A DNA stretch of 64,000 nt from Narcine bancroftii (taxonomy: Eukaryota). Location: the NCBI RefSeq assembly GCF_036971445.1, contig NC_091477.1:101680001-101744000 (forward strand), given 5' to 3'. Shown one piece after another: positions 12,701 to 24,469 of this stretch. The notes under the pieces were generated by a model. That model was not told where the DNA came from and made no database searches. It saw only the letters and a list, made by a program, of their open reading frames with translations. Position numbers and translations under genes: made by a program. The first letter of the stretch is position 1, and every line of letters starts with the position of its first letter.

Positions 12701-14419
12701 AGCAGAAGAGATCCACACTGATGCACAAAATAATCCGGCTCAGAACGCGACCCTAATTTGGTCAATGATGACCACTCTCGTTTCTACTCGTTTTGTATTC
12801 CATCATATTTTGCATCAAGTGAAACAGTTGTGGGTGTGCGCTGATTTCGTAAAACGCTCAATACAAGGTCAAGAAGATGACATTTTCACACTATTAGCCT
12901 GGTGCTAACCTGTAACAAAGCCGGAGTAAAACAAGAAATGTTTCTGCATGCTATGGCGAGATTTCCCTGGAATTGGACAATGATCCAGTGTGAAATTTGA
13001 TGCTATTTCCATGAATTACAAACAATGTGACACTAGTTCAGTGTCATGACGACATGAACAGCGATGAATCCAAGGACTGGATTTCCAATGTTACCCAGAG
13101 CCCGCAGGTTTTAACGATTCGAAATGTGTACATATATTGTCGAAATTACCTTCCCTTTTACGTTTAATTCGCGTCACCTAAATGCCGACATGATGTGGAA
13201 GTGCGCGTTCTCAAGAAATTATCTTCTCCTTCACAAAATGCTATGAACCCCATGTTACTGAAGTTATGCTATAAACTTCAGTTGAACAGAAGTTAAGGCA
13301 ACATTATTTTATAAATACTCTGTGGGCACCTGAGGCATAATGACTTATGAAACAAAGAATGATGAAAATATATAATCAGTTCACGGTGGGATCGCAGCGT
13401 ACTTATCTACAACGTGACTCAATGGAATCAGCCAGAGAACGTGAAGTATTGGTGTCATGTCCAAGGTTGACTAGAAAGTAGAATGTGATTTATTCTTCAA
13501 ATGTACCAATCGGAACGGAAGAAAATGTTAAACCATTTTCAGCATATCACATCCAGCGAAATGTTCGAAAATCCGAAAATAGCATCATGTCGTTGATCCG
13601 TTCTTCTGGGATCATTGCAATGGTAAACGGTAAAGGTTCCATTTTTGTTACGTAATACTACATTTAGAACGTAACATACATGAAATTCTTTCACTTTGTC
13701 TACTGTAGGGAAGGCAGGGAGTCCTCACTTTGTCCAGCGCCCCTCACAGAAATGGGCCCATGTTTGCTCCAATATCAAACGATTTAAATAGGCCACAAAG
13801 AAATGAAGGAATTAAGCTATTTGTGACTTTTAGAAACATGTGTCTATGCAAATATCCCCTGAAGCTTCTTCGAGAGATGCTTGTTCATGTTCTAAATTTT
13901 GTACAAACTGACTTTGACAAAATCAATGGTATCTTCATTCTTCTCGGGAGGCTTAATGGGATCTCTGAAATATAATGTATGGTGCGCTCTTGTAAACCAA
14001 ATAATATCCACAACCTCAGAACTATTGATAGGAATTGGACAAAGATCCGAGTGGGAAGTTAATATTAAAACAGGAAAGGTAGAGGTCAAACCCAGGTGTT
14101 TTAATATGTGCATAAATCGGAAAGTTATGAAATGCCACATTTTTGTTTTAATCTGTTGGAAAACCAATTGTTTGTAGAGTACCGCACCAGATTTGTAATA
14201 AATTTTACACGTTACACTACAACACTAAAACAAACCATTAAAAATGTAACAGTAGTATCGAAGATAATTGTTATTATTCGCTAATCTTAAGGATTCGATG
14301 CTTCCAGCGCAGACCACTATTGCATAAGTCAAGCGGGTTTGTTTTTGCGCCGCCCAACAATCAAGTCGCAGAATCCATGAAAATGAGTAGTGGCAGTGGG
14401 ATATGGAAGTTCTGAATGA

Positions 14420-14600
14420 ACATTTATAGATTATCCATGAGGATGAAAGGTAAGGAAACAAAGAGAAGGGTTTCCGCAGGTCAGGCAGCATTCATCGGGG
14501 AGAAATAGAGAGTCAACGTTTCGGTTGGGACCTTGTTTCGAGACGAAGGTGGAGAGGGGAAGATGGCAGGCATGAAAGGTTTGCGAGAAGGCAGAGACCT
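14420..14600 (-). mobile_element. Penelope-like terminal fragment
   Basis: gcaggtcaggcagcat...gtcaacgtttcgg motif; CpGs retained. Confidence 0.55.
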
Positions 14601-16994
14601 ACATTAACAGATGTTTTGTGCTCAGAAAACCAACACCAACATTGTCGAGGAAATTGGTATAACATCGGAAGAGGGGAAGAAATCAAATAAGGACATTAAG
14701 TGAACATGCAAACAAGTAAAAATTCAGAAGGATTGCAAAAGCGTGCCGCACATTTCAAACAACCGCAACGAATTTCAAGGCAAATCAGGAATGGAAGGTC
14801 CACAGTCAATCTTTACAGTAGCTTTTTAAAAAAAAAACATTTGTAACGGATTTCTGAAATTAACTCAGTATTACAATAACCTCTATACGAAAGGAGTATT
14901 TTTTTTTAACTTTCCCTTTTTTCTAACTATCGCTTGAGTTGAATTTGGCGTTTCCGGCTGAACCTGCGCATACTTCAAAGTATACAAACGAAGAAATACC
15001 AACATTATGTTTACTTTTAATCCTAAAAAGAAATATAATTTAAAAAAAATATTTTCCGGACCGTTATGTTCACAAAATTAAAGCGATTCACTTGGCTGGG
15101 TCTGAAGACTTTCAGAATAGGTGACTGGGCTGAAGTAGTGGTCCATGGATTCCAATTTAGATGCTCGAATTTATAAGCCTTGTACCTCACTCTCCATGCA
15201 TACTCCCAGAAACTTGAACACAACCTAAATATTTAGAAAATCAAACCACAGGTTCCCAGGATTGAAACATGCGGACACGCCTGCCCGTGGGCCTTTGAAA
15301 CAAAGCAGAATACTTCTCCCATAAAAAGATCTGAAACCTATCGAAGTTGTCGGGCATTTAGGTAGAACACGTGGGAAATGGCGAAAGACCCTACCACAAA
15401 TATAACCGACCTAAACGCAAGTCCATACAGTTTATGTTTGAGATTTTTTTTAGAACCGTTAACAATTGGGTTGATTCAATAAAAATACGATGTAACACGG
15501 ATATTTTGCCTAAGATTCGCGGTGAAACATTCTTTCCTATCAGGAATTCTGGCAGGGAGTGTACTCAACTATTACCCAATTTTCTCCGCGTATGGATAAT
15601 ATAATCGTTACATTCCTTCGAGAGGAAATATCTATAATTATGATTGTGAAAACGATTCTGTGATTATACAGAACCCCATTTCACACGTTAGTTAGCAATT
15701 CACAGGAAATCTAAATTATTTAAATAAGTCATTTATACCATTAAAATGTTGTACCATTATGAATGAAGTATGTACTGAAGGCTGAGGAAGTCTCCCAGCT
15801 CTACGAACTTGCACTTCGGTGACAGTGGGCCATATATTGATTATATCGATCATTCTTTCAGCAATTTTTTGTATTTTGCATCATCAATTAATTTTGATTT
15901 AGGTTACATACACGTTTTAATCAGATACAGTACTTCATTACGTGTTTTACAGAACATTTGTTACGACTCAGTTTCTCAATCCTCAAATAATTAATTTGAA
16001 GGGACTAAGCATCGAACCGACATAAATGTATGAAATCTTTACGTTCACATTCTAAGCCATCGCCAGTGTTTTCGTTGTTGCATCATAAATGCATGGCATC
16101 ATCCATAAAATCTTATAGCTCTATGTTTTATGCAGAGAGATTAAAATAATTTAGTTTCTCAAAATGTGAACATTGCAACTTTTACAGCTCAACCACTAAA
16201 GCGAATCTTTCAAAGTAGTGCGTTGTTATTTCTTATGAGGTTTTTGAAGTGTCAGAATTACTTCCAACTCTATGAGTTAATATCCACTTTTGTCAGGAAT
16301 AAATTGTTTTGCCCGTTGGCCATTACATAAATTTTCTAAAAGATGAAAAATTTATACCGACATTATCACATCTGAACTCCAATTCTCCAACTCCAATTCA
16401 GTGTTAGCTTTTAACTATTCATGAACTTCGGAGCACGGCCGTCGCGCTGAAAATAAAAGTATTTAAAATATAGGTCGTTTTAAATAACGCGAATATTTGA
16501 TTGCGGTCTTGCTATTTGGCCCGGATATTTTCGCAATACCGTGTTCGCACGTCGTGAGCTCGGAATTAGAGAAACAAAATATTCACCGTGCGTCATGTTC
16601 AACGGTATCTCCAGACATTAAAGCACATTTTCTTATTTTTCAATTGTTTGTGCGAAGGCACAAAAGGCTCGAATGGAGCTACCAAAGGGTAAGACATATG
16701 GTTTGTTGGACGTCAAGGATAAACACCCAATCAAAATAACACCCATCCTGTATCTTGTCTTTTTGCAGGCATCAGTGCTCATTCAATTAATACAAATACC
16801 CGTTCCTTGCTCTTAACTGTAAAATGGACAGTGGTTTCGCTTGGTGAGCACACTCTTTAATTGCTTGGCCTTTTGATTCACTCTTGGAGAAATATCAAAG
16901 TTTCCATGTTGACCATAGCTGCTTCCACTAAAGGAACATCAAAAATAGTGATGTAAAAACGGGAAAGGAAGAAAAAAAGGCTGGGCTTGTCCTT

Positions 16995-17060
16995 CCTCTG
17001 ATTGTTCCCAGCAAGTTCCAAAAGGAGACGCTTGGTGACGTCATTTCATCTTATAAAATG
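16995..17060 (+). promoter_or_regulatory. NPPC proximal promoter: perfect CRE and TATA box
   Basis: TGACGTCA at 17036-17043, TATAAAA at 17052-17058, ~130 bp upstream of the ATG; degenerate inverted CCAAT (ctgattgt) at ~16998. Confidence 0.85.
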
Positions 17061-17185
17061 ATGGGAAAGCAGTGGAGAAAACAGCAGACCACTCTTGATC
17101 TACAGGCAGACGGAACTCCAAACGTAACCAAACAATTTTAATTTGAAATATCTAGGTGCAGAATCCGCTACGGTGGAAAACAAGA

Positions 17186-17278
17186 ATGAACATCTCTTCT
17201 TCGCTTATAGTTTCTGGACTATTCCTGGTTCTGCTGTCCACAAAGACGGAGGCAAAATCCTTGACTCAGCCACAGCAA
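17186..17278 (+). CDS. NPPC: C-type natriuretic peptide precursor (CNP4/NPPC type), coding exon 1: signal peptide
   Basis: MNISSSLIVSGLFLVLLSTKTEAKSLTQPQQ followed by donor gtaagt (phase 0); hydrophobic core and EAK cleavage context match fish CNP4 leaders (EAKPLTQAQQ). Confidence 0.9.
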
Positions 17279-17780
17279 GTAAGTTTATGAAGTCTGTTCG
17301 GACAAGGCAGAACCATGCATCGATTCGCGTGTCCAATCGACGCTACTAAATCATTTGTGTCATTTGTCGCAACCCTTCTCCACCTTTAAAATTTGAATGC
17401 CTCTCCCACGACTTTTATTCATGTTCTGTGTTAAATAAAGTTATATCTGTAAATATGCCGAATGGGACATCCATCGACAATGAATGTCCTGTACTTGTCC
17501 AGTTGTAAGCAGTTCCTTCTCTGTCCGCTATTGTGTTTCATTTTGCGAATTCTTTTTTTTAAATACAGTGCTTAATTTTACAGATTAACAAATGCATCCC
17601 ATCCAGTTTATTTATTTCAAATGACATCAGGTTGAATGCCTCAGACGATATCCAGAAATGCCCGTGCATTTATGAAATATGCAGCTGTAATAGTGTATGG
17701 GATGGTAAACGATGTTCTAACATGTGTTGCGATTCCATGTACTATGACAAAAGATTCTCTAATTCCAGTTTCTTTTACAG

Positions 17781-18017
17781 GCTGCTATGCATTTATTGGG
17801 TGAAGAATTCACCGGGATTTTTTCCTCAGAGGAGAACGGTAAGATTCCAAATGTGAACGCGAAAGTACGGTCCATTCGAGGCCTCAACATTGAGAGCGGA
17901 TCAAAGAGCTCTTTGAGTTGGCGTATCAAGAACCGCAGAAAAAACTCCAAGAAGAAAAAAGGCTGTTTCCGACTTAAAATGGACAAAATAGGAGCCATGA
18001 GTAAACTTGGTTGCTAG
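17781..18017 (+). CDS. NPPC: C-type natriuretic peptide precursor, coding exon 2 (prosegment and 17-residue ring)
   Basis: Acceptor ttcttttacag at 17780; LLGEEF motif, RSIR furin-type site, GCFRLKMDKIGAMSKLGC-stop with no C-terminal tail (the CNP hallmark); donor gtaagt at 18038, 20 nt after the stop; lies between DIS3L2 and COPS7B. Confidence 0.93.
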   Translation, partial: AAMHLLGEEFTGIFSSEENGKIPNVNAKVRSIRGLNIESGSKSSLSWRIKNRRKNSKKKKGCFRLKMDKIGAMSKLGC

Positions 18018-18421
18018 ATCTGCGACTCCTAGCGACGGTAAGTGTCTTGCGAACACTGCTCGAATTCGCTTGATTGACTTTATTGGTGATTTACGAGCAT
18101 AAACTTTCGCTTATCTCCGCCCATTGCGTAACATGACCACCGAGCTCACCGTGGCAGCCACCCCCCCCCCCCACCAATCCAGACTTTCTCTTATTGCGAT
18201 GACTTCATCTATCGTTAGAACAGAGAGACGTAGTCTTTTAAAAATAAATGCGCCTGCTTTCGACAGCTAAGCAAGTTTTTTTTTCCTTCACCCAATTCGG
18301 GTTGTAGTAAAATTGACCTGTAGCAGCGGCTGCGTGAAGTCACCCACCACGAAAATTAATTCCCATTGAAGTATCTTCTCATTTACTGCCAAACTAACAA
18401 TCACTTATTATCACTTCGTAG

Positions 18422-18810
18422 GACACCGGGCTGCCGATGGGTTCCAAAAACTATTCGTGTGTCTTACTGTCTCGCTCAAAATAAGAAAACGACGCAGTTT
18501 CTCCCGGTACGAAGAATCACATTTACCAGCGGCTTTTAGAAGGGTGATGGGGCATGTTGTTGCTTTCAGAAATTGTTTATTTCATTTCTGCATAAATGTA
18601 TTTATGTTTAAACTATCTATATCATTATAAAAGAAAGATATTTATAAAAGTTTATTTATGTGACAAACTGAACAACAGATGGTTAAAGTAGAATTTGTAA
18701 CATTTGTGCTATAGCGAATCCGTGTTAAATTGCATTTCACGAAAGTCCGAAAAGTCTCTTTATTTATTACAGTCCGTGCAATACAAAATTTAAAAAAAAT
18801 AATGGTGGCA
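18422..18810 (+). other. NPPC: Candidate NPPC 3'-UTR exon with AU-rich elements
   Basis: Acceptor cacttcgtag at 18421; several (T)TATTTAT motifs at 18600-18770; AATACA at ~18780 followed by a GT/T-rich tract. Confidence 0.55.
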
Positions 18811-20619
18811 GTTTTTGTTTTGCATTGTCTTGGAGTGTTCGTTTAATTTCAGCATGAGGAACGTTTCATCCAGCGCGATTTTACTGGGATCTTTTTTTCT
18901 CCATCGGATTTCATATAAAAATACAGTGGTGGGGAGCTCCAGTGTTTCCTTCAAACAAGCTCAGTGCGGTGCCCCCCTCCCCTCCCCTCCCCTCCCCCCA
19001 ACTCACCACTGCCTCCACCCCAGCTCCCACACGCACACAGCGACAATGGTTCGCTTGCACCCCTTCGCAGAACCGCTTGCCTCCTCTCTTCACAATACAA
19101 AATGTTAAGAGCAGCGTCCGTTTAAGGGTAGGCAGAGTGGAATATGAATGTTTTCGAATAGTCCAAGTAATTGTGCAGGGAAAGGTAAACTCGTATTCCG
19201 TTTTCGATGTGGTCAGCAAATTGTTACCAGGGTCCTTTCCACTGAGGGCGGATTAAGGTCTCCTCTGTGACACCTCGCCAAGAGAGAGTAAAAGTAGATA
19301 TTGCTTCCAATCTAATAATGTAGCGTTTTGAAATAGACTTCTCCGCGAACTAAATTCACAATTCACTTTCCAATCAGGTATTGAGGACGAAAAAGCAACT
19401 TTACATTTTTTAAAAAATATACGACGTCTTGATTTAATTTTTAATCTACCAGTATCTGAAACTCAGGAGCTGCAAGGGAAGATTTTTTTTAAAAATTCTT
19501 ATTGGTTCAAATTCAAACCAGTTAAAGGTTGATCCAACCAGCTTTACAAAAAGATAAGCGATAAATAATATCTTATTATTCAGTTCACATTGGGGAAAAC
19601 AATAGAATGAGCGCGTGTTCAATACAATTTTACACTGGCTGTAAATTACACACAGCAACATATGCATTTGAAACATACATGAATTCGATTATATGAATTG
19701 GATTAGTGTAACAAACGAGTGCCCAATTGTTTTGAAAAACAGACATTCTGTTCTGCGGCAAACCACCACATCTAACATATTTATTTAGGCATGCTTATGG
19801 CACATATACTGCATGCAATACAGGTTTGTACTTTGTAAGGCCTTTCATCAAAAAAAAGTTTCGAACGCCCCAGGTTAATAATGGGCTTTAGAAGCAGGTT
19901 GATTTATTCGCAGCATGGTTCCACAAAGAAATGTGATAGTTATCAGCTGCGTTGAGATATCGCGGGTAACCCGCTATGTTCAAAACAGTCTATGGGCTCT
20001 CTCTCTCTCATCCACCCACTCCATCGCCCGAAACCCGTCACTCCTCCCAATCCCGCCGCTGCAGTGTTGGTCAGGCAGCTTTTAAAACAGCGATCCCATT
20101 TTCCATTACCTTTTGCTTTGATCGCTTTCCTCTTGTGGTCTCTAGTTCGACGCTGATTCTCATTCAACCGGCTGTAATTGATCATATTTCTCTGTCATTC
20201 TCATGGGTAGCATCCAATTTCTTCCAACATTCGCATTCTCCATCCAATTTTCAACCGCGGCATGTTTAAAGCCACGGTGAGTTCATCATTTCTGGACCTG
20301 TGCAAGGTGGAACATAAGCGAGCTTCTGGGCCGAGTCCCGAAGCACGGTCAAAGCAACGTGAAATTATTAACAGAAACTCTAGGAAAATATTTAGCAAGC
20401 CAGGAAACATCTGTTGAAAGAGAAAGGATCTGGGAAAGAGGGAAAAAAAACGAGTTAGCAATCAGTTGTAGAGTGGGGGGGGGGGGGGGTAACAGATTGG
20501 AAAGCAACTAATGTCCAATATGACCAAAAGAGTTAACGTGGCAGCTATTAGCAATTTGAATTATGTTGTTCATAGCAAGGCCACAGGACATCTCAGCAAA
20601 TTATACTTGTAGAACCATT

Positions 20620-21700
20620 ATAGCAACAACAGGACAGAAACTGGCCTTTGGCTCATCTAGTTCATGCCAAACTATTTTTCCACCAACTCTCATTGACCTG
20701 AATCAAAACCTTTGCCCTCCATATCCCTGTCCAAATTCCTCTTAAATGTTGAAATTGAACCCACATCCACTGGCAGCTTGTTTTCCACTCTCACTAGCTT
20801 TAACTGACGAAGTTCCCCTTAATGTTCCCCTCAAATATTTCACCTTTCACCCTTGACCATTGTCTTATTATTCTTGTCTCATCCAGCCTCAGTGATAAAA
20901 GCCTACTTGCATTTTCCTGTCTGCGCCTCTCATAATGTTGTGTACCTCTATCGAATCTCTTCTCATTTTCAGATGCTCAATGGAATAAAGTCTATCCAAC
21001 CTTCTGCTATAACTCAGTTCCTCAAGTCCTGGCAACATCTTTGTATATTTTCTCTGCACTCTATCAACCATATTGATATCTTTCCTGTAGAAAGGTGACC
21101 AAAACTGCACACAATACTCCAAATTTGGACTTATGTCTTATACAACACCATAGCATTCCAACTCCTATACTCAATATTTGATTTATGGCAAATGTGCCAA
21201 AAAGAGCTTTATGTCTCTATCTACTGGTGATTCCACTTTCAAGGAATGATGTATCTGTATTTCCAAATACCTCTGCTCTACCTCTCTGCTTACCATGCAA
21301 GACCTACCCTGGTTTGTCCTTTGAAAGGGCAACATTTTACACTAGTCTGCATTAAATTCCATCTACTATTTTGCAACCCATTTTCCCAGTTGGTCCAAGA
21401 CCCACTGCAAGCTTTGAAAGCTTTCTTCACTATTTGCTACATCTCTAACGTTAGTGTCATCTGCAAATCTGCTGATCCAATATACCATAGCACATTATCA
21501 TTCAACTCGTTGATATAGCTGACAAACAACAATGGACCCAGCACTAGTAGAATCCCTGAGGCAGACCACTAGTCACAGGCCTCCAGTCAGAGAGACAATC
21601 ATCCACTCCAACTCTGGCTTCTCCCGTTATAGCCAATGTCTAATCCAATTTACTACCTTATCCTGGATACCATGTAGGACCTTGTCAAAGGCCATGAATG
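20620..21700 (-). mobile_element. CR1-type LINE 3' fragment
   Basis: EYCVQFWSPFYRKDI..ERVQR-like frame (20889-21122), a typical CR1 ORF2 C-terminus. Confidence 0.85.
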
Positions 21701-22519
21701 CTGTTGGGGATATGAGTTCCATAACTTAGATCCAGTGGTGAAGTAGTTCTGACAATTTGTTTCCAAACTGGTATAGTTCAGTAGTACTCAATCTTGTACT
21801 TTCCACTCACATACAGCATTAAGTAATTCCTTACTAACTGCAGAGCACCTATGACATCTCATGTTTGCAGACTCTGATTGTTAAGGACAGTTTCAAATCA
21901 TGGTGGAATGGGAAAAAAAATGCAGAAAACCAAGGCCATGATGTTAATTGAAATGAGATAACAAATATGAAAATGTTTTTATTTGCACGATTACTATTTA
22001 TTACTTGACCATTTAGATTTTGAAATCTTAGACAAAATCTTCCATTAGTTCATAACCTGGGTTAAAATATCAAGTATAAAGTTCAATTGAATATACAAAT
22101 AGTATGCTAATCATTGTGGATTAACAATAGAATCAACTTCTGTCGCATACCCACTCAATTCCATCATAGTTTCCAGAACAGATTTTAAACAATTTCAGTA
22201 TTGTATCTTTTTTAATGAGCCTGTTTGCTGATGAGCTTTACAAATGCCACTGTGTATGAACACTACAATTTAAAATTGCCAGCAGATAATTGATTCATGT
22301 GAAATGAAACCATCTACAGAAAAGGGATTTATGTATATGCTCAAAACTCATGCATTCCATGGGCCAACAGGATGGCATGTAGACACCAGTTATAAAAAGA
22401 ATCCTTGTAACAATTGTCAAAAAATTGCTATGTTCAATTTTTTTTCCAGAAGAAAGTTTAATCAGAGTTCATATGTGTAGGGCTTGGCAAAACAGCACTA
22501 TTCATTCCAATACATTCAT

Positions 22520-22840
22520 AATTATGTAATTTTTATGACCTCAGGAAGCTCCAAAGTGCTTTAAAATCATTTATGTACTTCAAAGAAGTGCCATTCCTGC
22601 TTATCAGACCACCACAGCCAATTTTCAAACATATGTTCACAATCAGTAGAGATCAGATTTTTTAAATTTAAATAAATATTGGCGAAGATACTTGGGTTAA
22701 TTCCCATGCACTTTTGCTTTGGAATCTATGCATCCACCAGAGAAGATGGAATGTCTCTGTACTGCATCCTTTGCAGCCTAGAGTTTGGCTTGAATTCCTA
22801 ACCTTCCAATGAGAAGACGACTACCACTGAGTCACTGAAG
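22520..22840 (-). mobile_element. Old SINE fragment, DeuSINE-like
   Basis: Same motif order as 1830-2145 (caaagtgcttt...tactgca...agcctaga...accactgagtcac). Confidence 0.4.
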
Positions 22841-23569
22841 GAAATAAAAACATGAAATCAGAATGCACCAGCCAAAACTTGTGAGAAAATTATCGTGAGA
22901 AGCTCTTGAATGATTTGAATCTGGATGCTGCAGATACTGTCCCAATATTGTTAGGCAGCATGTTCCAGGATTTTGACACTGGAATGATGAGAGATTCGTG
23001 ACAAACTTTTTACGGCATGAAACTTGGATGAAAATGTTTTTATAGTTTTCTTTTACCTTGTGAATGGTAGAAGCCCTGGTTTACCAGATGCGGTTGAAGA
23101 ATCATTGACAAGTTTCTGGAGTGCATATGATCAGTAGTGCTCACGGCCAGTATGCCTTTGGAGGCAGTGAATGTCAATCGTGATGTATGGGTTGCCATCA
23201 GGCAGACTAAATCACTTGAGAAAATGTTGAAGGTCTTTGACTATTGCTGGAGTTGCATTCATCCATGCAGTTAGAGAGCTTCTCTTGTGTACATTTTAAA
23301 TGGTAGGAAAGCTGGCAAATCAGATGAGTCATTTAAGGTAGAATGCCCAACTTCTATTCTGTGGCAAATCTAGTTAAGTTCTTCATCAATGTTGATGGTG
23401 AAAGATTTGACCCTTGTAATGGCACGGGAGACAGTTACATTCTCTGGTTAAAGATAGTTATTGTCTGACACGTGATATGAATGCAATGCACTATACTAAT
23501 TACCTTTTCCTCTCAACTACATGGATGCAACCTGGATGACAAGAACACCCACATAAGCATTTTGTCAAT

Positions 23570-24435
23570 TCAACATTATTACTGACCATGGGAAGAAGCT
23601 GTTCCTCCACCCTCGTGGTTCTGGCTCTGATACTCCTGTATCTCTTCTCCAACAGGAGCAGCTGAAAGATGCTGTGTGTGGGTGGAAATGGCCTCAGTAA
23701 TTTTGCACACCCTCTTCAGATGATCATGGTAGATCACATTGTGGGGGGAGGAAGACTCCAGTGATCCTCTCTGCCATTCTTATGGTCCTGTGGATTGACC
23801 TCTGAGCCATTACTCTGCAACAACCGACCACACGGTGATACAGTCAGTCAGGACACTCTCAATAGAGCTCCTATAGAAGCTTGACATAATGGACAGCTTC
23901 AGTCTTCTCAGGAAGGGCAGTCGCTGTTGCCCCTTCCTGATGAGTGAGATGCTGAGTGTCCACAATAAGTCATTAGTTAAGTGAGCTCCAAGGAACTCTG
24001 TAGTCTCCACTACAGAGTAGTTGATGTGTAATGGAAGGTAGTCATTCCTGGTTCTCCTTAAGTCCATGATCATCTTATTCGTCTTGTCCGCTCAGATTGT
24101 TACTCTCACATCATTTCATGAAGTTTTCCACCTCTTCTCTGTCGTGCGACTCATCATTGTTGCTGATGAGGCCAAATACTGTTGGGTCATCTGTAAACTT
24201 GATGACACTGTTGAAGCAGGATCTGGCAATGCAGACATGGGTCAGAGGAGGGGACAAGCTGAGCAGTGCGTGACAGTAGGGGTGGACTGAGCATGCTGGG
24301 AGTTCCGTGCTGCTGCCAGTTGAAATGAGTGCCAAAAACTACCAGAATCAAGACCACAAGAGAAACCACGTCCTTTCGGCACTCACTTCATCTGGCAGCA
24401 GCATGGATAAGAGTGGGCTGAGCACACAGTCCTGC
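23570..24435 (-). mobile_element. Rex1/Babar-type LINE fragment
   Basis: IKFTDDPTVFGLISNNDES and KGQQRLPFLRRLK motifs. Confidence 0.8.
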
Positions 24436-24469
24436 TCCTCTGACACAGGGGCACCTAAAGTTGGCATAT

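Noticed and set aside
20201-20461. CFDRASGLGPEARLC as a second natriuretic-like ring
   Set aside because: Wrong cysteine spacing (15, not 17), no DRI motif in position, no leader exon
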